Shown one piece after another: positions 12,618 through 24,971 of a stretch of 64,000 nucleotides of DNA (the stretch's first letter is position 1; each line of letters begins with the position of its first letter). Both the position numbers and the translations under genes were made by a program. The notes beneath the pieces were generated by a model. That model was not told the DNA's origin. It worked only from the letters and a program-made list of their open reading frames with translations, and searched no databases. Origin of the DNA: Amoebophrya sp. A120 (Eukaryota > Protista > Dinoflagellata); NCBI GenBank assembly GCA_905178155.1, contig CAJINV010000004.1:8330882-8394881 (forward strand). Direction: 5' to 3'.

Positions 12618-13552
12618 TTTGCTGGAACTTTTACGGAAAGTGGTGTTCTAGTCGGGGTTTTTCAGTATTTTGTTTATTGTGTGGTGTGTATTACTACGGC
12701 GCAATGCGATAAATGACAATGAGTTCTTTGAGTACTGGGTTCGAATTTGAAGAACTACTGACTGAGGACAGCGCAATCATTACAGTTGGCGTCGGACTGC
12801 TCGTACAAGGATGGAAGCATTGCGATCTGTACTATCGAGAGGAAAAAACAAGCGAGCAATCAACTAAACCAAACCTTAGACTTCTGTCGAAAAGACCCGC
12901 GGTAAACAGAGCTGCTCCTTTCGGAAAAACAAAGGAACATCGCACCTTCACGGTTGATGGATCTTTTGTGGAACAGGTACGGAGAACTTCTCGCCTTCAA
13001 TGTATGCGACAGTCAAGAAGAAAAGGCCTAGAAGCGGCTGGCCACCACAATTTCATCCGGATGGTACTAAACGCGATCATAATTCACGAGTACTTCTGCG
13101 AGGAACAACTGAATCTAGTGTGTAGTTTAGTGTGGCTTGCGCTTCAATCACATCTTCACATCGACGAGAACACAACTGCCAGATCTTCCAGTTTTCACCT
13201 CTTTGTGGCTTCGCTATTTCATCTGTGGTTCTTAAGAATGGCGCACTTATTAGAGGTGCAGCCGTTTCATCGTCTTGATGAACTTGTTCGACGTCCAAAA
13301 AAAGATTTCTTTTTCGTACTGAAAATCGTAACCCATAGGAGATCATGTTAAAAGTGTTCCTGTGCTAGGACCATCTTCGCATATCAAGAGTATCACAGCT
13401 TCTAGTAGTAGTAGCCGTGGTTGCTAGGATTGTTTATCTCGGCGTCTAATACTACTTACATCAACGTCGAAGTTGCCGATCTCGTAAATTCATTTCTGCC
13501 CCCTCAACCGCCTGCCACTGTTCAACAGCCAGGGTAGAACAGAAACACGCAT

Positions 13553-16500
13553 TTACAAATTCCACACCTCTACTTCTTCCTCGACTTCATCTCGAGCACG
13601 AGCCACAGGCTTCGGTCGTCGTGGCCCCCTCCGCCCAGCACTCGCGGCTCCTGTCTTGGGTAGTAGTTGCTGCGACCGAATAATAATAAAATCATGCTGG
13701 TGGGGTTGATCGGAAAGAACCTCGTGCGCGGAAGATGTTGAAGCTGCTTGTGGTCCCAGCACGGGCGCTCGCAGCTGGTCGTCGTCTTCTAGTCTACTCG
13801 TTTCGACGACGACGTCCACAGAGGAGTTCTGTGGGGCCGCTGGGAGCAGGCTGCTGCCCCCGAAAACACTGCTTGATCGCGATTTGTAGCTTGTCAAGGT
13901 CCCACTCCCAGGAACGTTCATCAAAACACTGTTGCTCCCGGTCGTCGTGGGTGGAGTACCGATAATTTCTTGGTCGTTTGTTCTTTCGGAGTTCTTCTCC
14001 TCATGTCCGCTGGAAGCCGCGGTGGCCGGAAAGCTCATCTGCTCTGGCGGGGAGATCGGGTGCGGGTTTCCAAACGCGTAATCGAGATACCCGCGCATTT
14101 GGTTATGAAAAGAAAAAATCCCCCCTCCCCATATTGACACAAGGCACGTTTTTGAAAATTTGTGTTGTTAATTTGTGACCGCAAATCGTCTCTGTGTTGC
14201 ACGAAGGCAACTCCACCGGCTCCCCCGCATTCTACAGGCGGTTTGGCATGCTATTGTACCTACAGCGTAGACGTCTGTCATGCAAAGCGCCAAGGCCAAA
14301 ACCTGTCTCCGCAGGCTTTATATGGGTCTGCAGTCCTCGCCAGCAAGACAAATCCGATTTGTGTACGCAAATCCAGCATCAGAAACTTCGTTTTGATATG
14401 GGGAGGGGGATTTTTCATTCTGATATTCGCTATGAGAGTTTCATCTTTAGCTGGAAAATGGCAAAATGTTGGAAAAAAATTGTATAGCATGAGCTCCCAC
14501 AGGACAGAAGGTCTGTGTTGCGGGCCACGTTCTTACTGAGACTGTGATACTATTATACTCGTCCGGCCTGGTAGTTTTCAATGTTTGAAGGTCATGGAAT
14601 AAAGAGAGTTGTTGCTCGCGAAAAGTAGCATGACAGGAGTTGTCCTCGTGTGTGCTCCTCTATACTTGCACAAGCATGAAAGATTCCTTTTTCCTGGCAA
14701 CCACTCTACGTGCGGCTACTGGCGACTCTGTCATGCGGAAAAATCGCTTGAAAAAAATAGAGCAGTGTTGCTGCTGCTATTCTGTCGGTGACAAATTCTT
14801 TCCATCGTGACGACCATTCCCGGCTGAATACTGCACTCCCATACTCTTTCGCAAACTCAGGGCCCATCAGCGCTTGCATCTCCTCCCAGCCTTCATGCGG
14901 GCGTGGCGCGACAAAGCTTGTTGGCCTCGCCGCAAGGCCAGAGAGCTGTAATTGTTTGTTTTTTGGCAAAAGAATTAAAATATCCTCTGTACTTTTCGAT
15001 CGCCGGCTTGCAGCGGCGGACAAGCTACTAGAGGTTGTAGTTTTTGCTGCACTCACGACTCCGCGTCGTGGTCCGTGGTGCTTCTTGTCGGCAGTTGGAA
15101 TGTTGCGCAACGAAAAATCACTTTTCATGTTGAGTGGGGGCGGGGCGACAGGAAGGTCCACGTCTGGCGGCATCTTGAGTTTTTCCCGTCGTCGAGCCGC
15201 TGGCTCCTGCGATGAAGAAATCTGGGGCGGCTGGATAGTCAAAACGTAGTCTTTATCAAGTGTAAATCGAACGAAGATCTAGGTCGTGAAATCCTAATTT
15301 TTATTCACTGAGTGATTCCTGCATTTCTTAATATTTCCCGAACAGTGGTCTCTTCAATTCTTTTTATACGGCAGAAAAAGAGGATAGTACAGGCAGGACA
15401 CGGTGAACAAAGGATTTTGGATGCACATAATCTTCATACCTGCACCGTACAACCGTTGATTCGTATATATTCGGACGACAATCTGAGCTTCGTCTTAGGG
15501 TACGAAAAAACTGACCACTTTGTATGTTCCGTGCACCATGTAAAGCCTCGCATAAGCAACATGCCACAAGACCCGACCAAGATCGGTCCAAACATTTACA
15601 CTGCGTAGTTATCTGTCAACATTTTTCTCCCCTTGCTGCCGGGACGAGCGCGGCCGCCCCCGAGTGGCTTTACTACTCTCGATATCAATTGCAAAAATGT
15701 CTGGGTCTGGAAGAATGCAAGATTTGTGATGCAGGTTTTCCATGACCCGTGAGGTCTGGAATGCGAGACCCAGCATGACAGATTCTTTGAGGTCTCTATC
15801 ATGCCTTTCCTGCATGAGAAGTTCCCTCTCAACTTGGTCAAAAGCGGACGCCTTTTGGTACTCACGCAACACAGATTTTTGCATCATCCAGATTTAGCAT
15901 GACAAGTTCTAATCTTCCAGACCCAGACATTTTTACATTTGATACTCGAAGATGATCCGGCTTGTGCGGGAACAGCATCGTCCCTGTATCCTATTTAAAA
16001 ACGTCCCCACCCCATAGTTGTAATGCAAATCTGCATGCTGAAAATGTTTCTCATGCGGAGCCCCATGAGAAGCATTTTCCAATCGTGTTTTGAAATTTGT
16101 CACGCTCCAATCAGCATGGTATGCTAGATCTGTGATGCTGCTGAGCTAGCTCAAACAGCACTACACTACGAATCCAAATTTGTCATGCAAAACAGCCAAA
16201 GCTTGTGGATTTGTCTAGCCGATTCCCCAACTTGACTATGGTGTGGGGACGTTTTTACTCAGGATACCCTGCTCAGCGCTCGGCCGAGCGGCTTTACTGT
16301 AGTCCGCGAGGTCGACCTGGCGGCAGCTCTGGGTTGTCCCATCGTACCACCAACGGCCTTGTTCTCTACTTCAATTGGTGGAACTTCTTCTAGTACTTGC
16401 AGCCCTTCTTGGTCGTTCGCTGCCGCTGCTTTCGCTGCCGGGACGATATTACGCGGCCCGCGTCCGGGCCCCGTAGCCGCTACGGCTTTCTCCACTCTGT

Positions 16501-19500
16501 TCATCACGATTGCCTGCAGCCGCAACCGCTCGGCAACTTTCCGGTCCCGTTCTCGCCTTTTCCTTTCCTTTCTGGCCCGTTGCCGCTGCTCGAACACGTC
16601 GCGCCGGACCCGGGCCTATGCATCGGAAATGCGTCTAGGTCCGAAAAGCTGCAAACTTGTGATGCGCATTTCAGATGACGCAAAAAGAACAATCTGCCAA
16701 TGCATTGACAGCAAATAAAGGCGGCAATTTCTTATCGCCGAGAGGGTGGATTTGTCGTGACTATTAGGCACTGGGCGCGCGTCTTCCCGAAACCTGTAGT
16801 TCTAGGCTTTGCACGCCGGAAATTCTGCGTCAGCACGCTGAAACAGCATGACAAACATCTGCAGCTTTCCAGACCACGACCCAGTGATAATTGCAATGTA
16901 TAGCTTTCGTTCGCTCACCGCCTCGCGCCGCTCGGAATCCGCGCTACGGCAGAGGGAATTAAGAAAGCCTGCCACAACTAGCGCCGACACAGCGAGAACA
17001 ACTGCCAGGACTGCCATGAGATGCACGTGTGTTTCGGTAACTGCTTGTTCTGCGTCGCTTTGCTGCTGCGACACCTTCATCCCCCCTCGTCCTTGCTTGC
17101 TCGTGCCGTCCGTTCGTGCGGTTCCATTCCTCATCTCGCGGGTGAGGGCCGCCGCCGGAGCTTGAGCTACAGGTGGAGCCGGCCCCTGGCCGGGTGTTGG
17201 GTCGTGTAATGCAGGTCCCCCCGGCCACGGGGTCGGCGCACCAGCACCACCAAACGCTTTCGCCCGTGCAGCGGGCGACGATGAGTGGTCCGCCTCAACA
17301 TTCTTGGCAGAAGTGGATTTTGCCGTCGTATGAAACGCAAGCATGTATGGGTCTTTAGGAAGAAGATCTATACGCAACACAGACTTTCGGTTCTTTCGTA
17401 TGATCATCCAGAAGATTCACAACACGGGGAAGTTGTCTCAGTGCTACTGCAATCTTCCCGACACGACCCAGACATATATGCATTTGGTACGCCGGTGTAG
17501 ATGTATTAGTACTTGCTCGCATCCAGGCAATTTCCTCGGGTGGCGGAAACGCGTCTAGAAAGTAATACACAACCGCACCAAGCGAGTTCGCCGGTTCGCG
17601 ACCCGCTGCCACGAACTCCTGCATCGAGCTATTGGTTTTCAGTAGCACTTCTGGGTCCGTGCGAAACAGCGTGATTTCCACTTCGGCTCGCCGCAAGTGT
17701 GGATTGTTACAATCGAGACCGCTGTCCAGGATCCGCATCAAGATCTCAGCAAGCTGCCGCCGCGAGTCAGTTTTTTTCAAAAACGGGTAGCGGGTGGTTG
17801 CGAGGTGTTGCACTTTATCGGGAGGAAGTTCATATACGTCCGTAGGGTTGCGATTCGATTCGTTATGATCAGTGACCGGAACATTTTCCCAGAGGCCCAT
17901 GACACCGTCCGCGATCCTGAAAAGTTTGTGTGCCTTTTTATATGAGGCCAAGACGTCCGAATAGTCGCGGGGGTTCAGGAACTCGTCGTGGTACAGCCCG
18001 TCTTTGCCGGGGCCAATGCGAAAGCGAAAGACCTGTCGCCCCCGGCGGGCGCGTTGTTCTGCCAGCTCTCTCCATGCCCCGCGGATCACCGGTTGTACTA
18101 AGGTCGAGGCGGTACTAGCCCTTTTCTGTGGTCCGGGCACGCCTTGTCGATGAAACTCTTGATCCGCAATGCTGGCCATTTTCACAGACTATGCCGCACA
18201 AATATCTACTACCTGGGCCAAGAAAGATGATGACTATACATGCATATATTTAGGTGCAGACGTCGTCTACTATGCCTGCGGTCTTACATTTACTTTTCTC
18301 CGGGTGGAACAATCTCTATTGCAGGACCACACCTGACCTCCAAGTCCCGAGCGCGTCTGTCACGCAAGGATACGGTTTGCAATGCGTGCCACGACTCTTG
18401 AGACAGTGACAGCATGATGCCAAAATCTTGTCCTGTTCGGATGCAGTGGGAGGTGTCTACTTCCAAAATCAAAAAAATTATGCAGAGAGCGATCTGATGC
18501 AGCATATTCAGATCATCTTCTCAAACCCCAGACATGTTTGCCTTTGCTATGAGAAATGTTGCCAACTCCAAGACCAATTGAGGTCTGAAGTCTTTCGCCA
18601 TTTCCGTCTTGTAAGTAAAGTCCTTCTCTTGCCGTGGACCTGTCGGCGCGTCTTCGGCAAGGATACCCGGGCCAAAATCTAGATTATAGTCACGCAAATC
18701 ACTCCCTTTGGGCGCGTACGCCATCTCAGAGAACCCGAGCGGCTTCCGCCCGCCTGTGGGACTAACCGCGCCGGGAGCTTCGGAATCCAGTTCGTGTCGG
18801 TACTTTTGGAGCAAATCTTCTGGAAGACCAACTCGTAGCAGCTCGGAGAAGGATGCACTACTGGGATTGGTAATCCTATTCTCGTACTGACCTGCACCTG
18901 GTCTCGTGTAGTAGTCGTTCGTCCCGTTTGAGGCAAACGTGGTGCCGCGACGCAGGGTATCGTGTGCAAATATGTCATCTGGATCTGGAAGGATGCACAG
19001 CACGTGAACGTTATGACGGATGATAAGTATTTATACAATGGCGCTGGTCGTGCCTCGTTGTCATGCAAAAACGCGGCTTCTCGTTCTCACACGGGTTACG
19101 CACTCCAGAACCGCTCAAAAGTTTCTGCGTACTGAAGTCATTTTGCCTTATTTCACGTATTGACATGACAACTTTCGCGTTCCAGACCGAGACATGTTTG
19201 CAACACATACAAGGCGGCCAGCCGCACCTGAATGCGGTCGAGCGGCGGATCACAGTGCTTTCCGGGAAATAGAGACGGTTCTGGAGCTGGAACTACGTCC
19301 CACCAGCGAGGCGTTACCCCCAACTTGTCGCCTATTTTCCTCAATTTGTCGGCCGTTGACCGCAATGTGTCGCCGGCCGTTGCCTGCAATTTGTCGGATC
19401 TGACCACGACCGCGTCGGCGTCTGGAGCAAGCAACAAGCAACGCTTCAGCAGATCTACAAGACGGCTTCGGGCAAGGGCATCCCAGGGCGAGACTGTGTA

Positions 19501-20809
19501 CAAAAGCGCTGCCATGAAGTCCAGAAACCTTCTGCGGCCTCGCAGGAAATACGTTCCAGCCAGAGCCCCGCGCAACGCGTTCGACATTAGGTCGGATTCC
19601 AGGGTGCGTTTTGCTCCTGGTTCAGTTCGCGGACAAAACCAGTGACTCCAATGCTCCGCGGCACGTGTTTCCACCAAGCCGTGGGAGTTTTTGGGGGAAG
19701 ACAAGATCTGAAGGAGAACGAAAGTGTCTTGCCACATGGAGGGCTCGACCACCAAGGCTGCATCCTCCTCGAGCATCAAGGCTGGTGCATCTCCCCTTTT
19801 CGGGACGTCCTGAAAGTAGCGGAAGTCAAAGTGTCGATACAGGAGAAACCGGTACCTCAGGTCGCTTCCCGAAAACTCAAAAAACGACGGGCTTTTCCTT
19901 GCCAAGTACCACAAAAAATATCTGCGGTACAAAAGGGAATGGCCTTCCGTATGGGCCAGGTCGACGGAATGCAGGAGCCAATCTTCGAACTGGTGTGACG
20001 TATTCACAGCCCACCGGACTGCCGCAATGCTGGTGCCCTGTGGAGGTCCTGCACCATTTGCTTCCGCAGGAAAATTAAGACTTTTCTGCCAACTATCCCG
20101 AAGAAAAACGCACCCACATTGGTATTTGTCATGCGGTTTTGCACTTGCAAGAAATAAGCTGTTTCAGGGGATTTGTCACGCTATCATCCGGATAAGATAA
20201 TCTTTCGTGACGCGGCGCCTTCACTGGCTGCACCTTCAAGAGGGGAACTAAGTGTATATGCAGAGTCAAATGTTTATTTTGTCGTGCGCAACATCAAAGG
20301 CTCCTTATCGATCCTTGAGTTGTAATATTGCGGGAGCCACATGACCTCGACTATGGGGTGGGCCCTTACGTTTTCTGCAGGATACCAATCCACAAGGTTT
20401 GTGACTGCCTCTTCGCTGTTGGCGTCTTCGTAGTCCAGGAAATATGTCGCCGCAAGCCTGTGGTCCCTGTTCTCCCTATGAAATCAAAATATGGCTGGGT
20501 CTGGAAAAGTGCAAAGCTTGTCATGCACATTTTGCATGACCCGTGATGTCTGTGATGCATGCTCACAGATTTCTTGTTGCCTGTCTCGCATGAGAAATGC
20601 CCATTCCCCGTAGCAAAAAGTTGACTTCTGTTGCTGCCAATGCAACACAGATTTTTTTCGAATCCACAGGCAGCATCACAAGTCGCACACTTCAAGGCCC
20701 AGACATATTTGCAATGCGTACTCTCTCGCGCTCCGCGATTCGACGGCGAGCTGGCGTGCGCGGAGCTTCGGACCCCGAAAAAGAAGCAAGTCAAAGGAGG
20801 TAGACACAT
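13553..20809 (-). CDS. Large hypothetical protein with one predicted TM segment (multi-exon)
   Basis: Exon ORFs 19210-20088, 18550-18952, 17490-18185, 16903-17323, 16267-16611, 14706-15242, 13553-14098 separated by introners; TM-like AVLAVVLAVSALVVAGFL near 16960-17020; may continue from the 21229-23821 segment. Confidence 0.55.
14104..14425. mobile_element. Introner family C
   Basis: TIRs; TSD diverged ttggt/ttcgc. Confidence 0.8.
15683..15944. mobile_element. Introner family A
   Basis: TIRs; TSD ctcga. Confidence 0.92.
15987..16266. mobile_element. Introner family B
   Basis: TIRs; TSD ccctg. Confidence 0.92.
16617..16902. mobile_element. Degenerate introner family A
   Basis: Decayed TIRs and core motif; TSD not retained. 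Confidence 0.6.
17329..17489. mobile_element. Short degenerate introner family A
   Basis: TIR remnants; TSD cgtcg/cgccg. Confidence 0.7.
18190..18549. mobile_element. Degenerate introner family A
   Basis: Decayed TIRs; removal plus 5 nt gives in-frame ATFL|MKMASI. Confidence 0.55.
18958..19209. mobile_element. Introner family A (diverged)
   Basis: TIRs; TSD caggg/caagg. Confidence 0.8.
20094..20384. mobile_element. Introner family B (diverged)
   Basis: TIRs; TSD ccaac/ccaat. Confidence 0.78.
20477..20720. mobile_element. Introner family A
   Basis: TIRs; TSD ctccc/ctctc. Confidence 0.85.
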
Positions 20810-21228
20810 CGAAAGTAAGTAGTTTGTTGTTTCCCGCCACTAAGGTTCGGCTTTGTTCCGATATGCTGTCCAAAAACGTCCCCAACTGCGCACCCCATGC
20901 TCAAGAAATGCGGAAGATTTTGCCAGTACTGTACAAGAAATGGATTCGCCTGCTGGTGCATCTTCACAAACATTCGGCACGAAAGAATGTAACTGCTGAC
21001 TAGCGAAAGCGAATCGACGGCGGTACTTTATTTGCAGACCCACTCAGTCACAGCTTTTGCAGTTGAACAAGACTTTAGAACCCGGTGGAACATAGAAAAA
21101 TCGAACTGAATTATATCTAGTCAAGAACAGGTGCCCCTCTCATGAGTTGTTGTACCAGTTGTAGCTCCTGCCACGTGAGCCTGCGCTGGAAAAAAGGCGA
21201 ACCTGATTGACCAGCACTCTTGATTTGA

Positions 21229-23821
21229 TTATGGGGCGCTGGGGACTTTCATTTTCCACAGGATATCATCAGCTGACTTGTCATCACCTTCCTGCTTCCA
21301 AATTTCGATGGCCGTGTCGTACTCAAACGCCAGCGAGAGCTTTACCAACACCAAATCAGGCTCTTCCGGCGTGAGCCGTGTAGCTGCGTCTTGCTGTTCC
21401 CAAACTTCTTCCGGAACTTCGTCCAGCAAATCTGCCAGGGCAAGATCGCCAAAACAAGGATGCGCGGGGCTTGCTGTCGGTGCACTACTGGTACTAGCCC
21501 CGGTTGGACTAGACGAAGCTGCTATTAGACCAGAGCCATTTCTCCTTCTGAACTCTTCCTGCGACGGAGGCTCTTGTTTTTCGATTAGTGTCACCGTTCC
21601 ACGACCAGACGCTACGACCACCTCGTCCTGCCGTCCCGCGCCGGCGAAGTCAGTCGATCTTGACTCAGAATTGTTAGCCTGTGTCGTCGTGTCAGTGCGT
21701 TGTTCCAAAAGAGAGTTACTATCTCCGCGCGGGCTTGTCCGGAGCGACAAACGACAGTTGCGAAAGGACCCCTCGTGGGCGGGGCGGCCCTGAAGCCGCA
21801 ATTTTAGGGCGGCAGGAGAGTCGTCCTCGGTACTGCTCGCAGGAAGATGTTGAGCTACTGCCGATGTTGACCTGCCAGCGTGCTGCCCCGCGTGTTCCTG
21901 ATCTCCTGCTGAGGTTGAGCCGTGCTGAACCGAAGTGCTGTTGAAGTGGTGGCGCTGGTCGGTGTGGGTGTCAGCACCTAGTTGGCGTCTTTCGAAGATT
22001 AGCCGTAGGTACGCCAGCGCGTAGTCCTCTACGACCGCCTGCGCCGAGCGGGCAAAGAAGCTGGAGAGCTTTACGTCCTGGCTCGTTGTGTTCGACGGCA
22101 TGCGTGGCAGGGGGACCGGATACAGGTTTATGCAAAGAAAAGTGCTGTTACAGAAAAAGACACACATTGTGTTGCAGGCCAGGCAAAATAGACTTGTTAT
22201 GTCATGCCGGATATATTACTCAGGACCAGGAGCGTAGTTTCATACGTGTTTATTTCCCTTCTGTTCTGTGCATTGCAGGTTTTCGTTTTGTTCGTCACGC
22301 AGGACAACTTTGACGTGTTGCTGAACTTGCAAAAGCATTGTCACTGTAAAAACGCTTTTTTTCTTTGGATAAGCTTGTAATGCGGCTTACTGTTGTTGCC
22401 GTGGCCGTGGCCGTCACCTTCCCCAACAATATTCTGAACCGCCTTGCTTGCGCTTTCCCGCGGGTCGCGGATTATTTCGGGAAAGTCTCGCTGGTCCAGT
22501 GTCGTTCGAACCGCGACGCGGGGCTCCACGGGCATAGTGATAAAGGCGTCGGGGTCGGCGGAGTTGTACATATCCTGCGCTCCGGCCTCACCCGCGGCCT
22601 CGCGGAACCACGCCTCGCGGTCCGCGAAGGCCCACCGGAGGACGCTGGTACCGAGGGGCAGTGCAACCAGCGGCAGGGCGGCGGGGTGGAAGGTCTTTTT
22701 CAGGTTTCGGAAGGTGTGCTGGACGAAGGATGTTAGAGCAGTCTGTGTAGTAGTGGTTTCAGAAGTTCGCCCAGTTCGCTCGTTAGCAACTTCTTCAACA
22801 TCGCGGGGCTTGCCGCCTGCAGAAAGCGCAATAAAATACCGCATATCATCTTCCACACCACCGGCACCGCCCGCGTGAATACTACTATCCCCCGTGGCTG
22901 CCGCCCCCGCGCGCACGCGAAACTTTATCTCGGTCATTCGTTCCAGCTCCTCCGAAAACAACGAAGGCTGCCTATGCTCAATAAACACCCAATCTTCATC
23001 ATGATCCAAGAGATTTTATCATACACATCGAGTACTTTTACTTGCCCATCTGGCACTTCTTGCAGGGGTTGTCGTGTAAAAATGCGGCTCACCGTCTCGC
23101 CCGTGAGAGGCGAAAACACATAATACAAGAATTTTCCAGTCGTGCTGGATGGAAATCAACAGAAGGATTTTCATCGTCGTGCTCAGCAGGAGATCCTTTA
23201 AGTGCAATTAGTTAAGTACACTTGGCGGCCAAAGCCAAACAAAGTTTAAGCATGCTTCTACGGGTCGTTCTTACATCCAAATAAACTTCTGGATTGGCCA
23301 GTAGCAGAGGTCACCTCCTCTGGACTCTCGGGAGGAAGTCGGGTAACTTTTTACACACGATAGGGTCTTTCCGGTACTACAAGCTGCTTTGCCGGATCGT
23401 CGCTGCCACTGCTGCCGGGTGTACTAGCAGGAGCATCGGCGCCTGTACTGTGGTCGCCCTTGCCAGTCGTGCCGCTGGGTCCTCTCGCGGCATGTTCCTG
23501 CCCCCCGCCACTGCTCACGGCGGTTTGCGCAAGAAAGTCCGCTGGCACTCCCGGAAGAACTCCTTCAGCACGAGCTTCATCTTCTGCACGACCACGAGGA
23601 CCGGGGCGAAGATCATCACCATCGTCCACTGCAAAGCCTGTTATCGTCCTTTGCCGGCGTGTGTTGGCTTTATCGTTGCCCTCTCTCCTGCGCACGAGGG
23701 AGACGGCCCACAAGGGTTGGAGTTGTTGGGCCGCAAGGTATAAAAATAGCGGAAAACATATTCCGGTCGCGGCCCTTGACGTTCTCGCGGAGAAAAGCAA
23801 GACCCGCACCAGCGGCGCCAT
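21229..23821 (-). CDS. Hypothetical secreted/membrane protein (N-terminal hydrophobic leader)
   Basis: ORFs 23351-23821, 22372-23009, 21229-22123; KPHYKL|YPVPLP joined across introner 22129-22371; possibly the 5' part of the 13553-20809 gene. Confidence 0.55.
22129..22371. mobile_element. Introner family D (TIR TATSCAAGAAAAAAAGTGTTACAGTTACAC), diverged
   Basis: TIRs; TSD aggtt/agctt. Confidence 0.78.
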
Positions 23822-24971
23822 AATTATCGCCCTTGTGCAGCTGGCAGCTCCTGCTGCTCTTTGTTACCGTCGACTTCCGCAAAACTTACAAGACGTTCCG
23901 GAGTTTGATCTTCGCTAGTACTCTTGTCTTTACGTTTTCGCCTGTAGTAGAAACCGGGCTGCTGGAAAACGGACAATCAAGTGCTTCCGCATTCTTGGCT
24001 ACATCACGGACAAGAAAAGGAAAAGTTGTAAAAGAGATACTTACAACTGAAATATTCGTTCTTCGGGAAAAATGGATAAAAGTGCAGTATGAGTGAGTTC
24101 ATGATGGAGTCCAACAGGCTGTGACATTTCATGCATCGGCGTTTATTTTGAAAGCGGGCAACCAGTACACTGTAGTAAATCACCTCGCGAAGGGCGGGAA
24201 TGCGAAGCAAGCACCAACAGACCGAGACACAACACCGATGACTGCATTGAACTCAACAGTACTACCGAAAAATAGACAAGCCACAACTTTATGTTTAATC
24301 ATCGTTCTACTTTTCAGACCGAAGGCAACAAGAAGAATGCGTCAAAGGGTAGTTGCTAGTTGTTGTACCGAATGAGACAGACAGTGCCCAGGAGAAAATG
24401 TGTCCAGCAGTTAGATAGAAATACCGAAATTGTCGAACTCAAGACAAATACCGAGTCAGAAAAAAACCGACAGCATCAATAAGTTTGGCCACTGCAGCTT
24501 TACAGTCACAACAAAGGTTCTTCGCAACAGAAACCGAATCAACTCGTTGCTCGAGCAGCTGTTGTCAAAAGCGATGGAAAGTCAAACCGACCATGATCCA
24601 ACCAGTGAAAGTCCGAAAAAATAATGCGACTCTCGCTATATTCGAGTTCGGTAATCCACACATCATACTCGTTTCAGCTGTCGCGCAACCCACTTTTCGC
24701 GAGAAGCCCTTTTTCATTTACCTGAGAAAGATCTGATGTACTACCCGTAAGCGGACGCAAGACGGCAGGGTGAAACACAAAGTGGGAGTGAAGAAGATGA
24801 AATAGCGTCGTGCTACAAGCTGCACCAGTGCAGTCCAATGCACATGGATGTCACGCCGTGTACAGGAAATTAGCTTTTCTTCAAGTGCAATTGCATAAGT
24901 GCTTCAATGTTGAGCATTTACTTCGCATATAAAAGCGCTTGGCTTTTCAAACGTTTTGGAGATCACGACCG

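Noticed and set aside
12713-13351. 212-aa plus-strand ORF as a transposase or gene
   Set aside because: No DDE, zinc-finger or tyrosine-recombinase motif, no flanking TIRs, and it opposes the local gene orientation.
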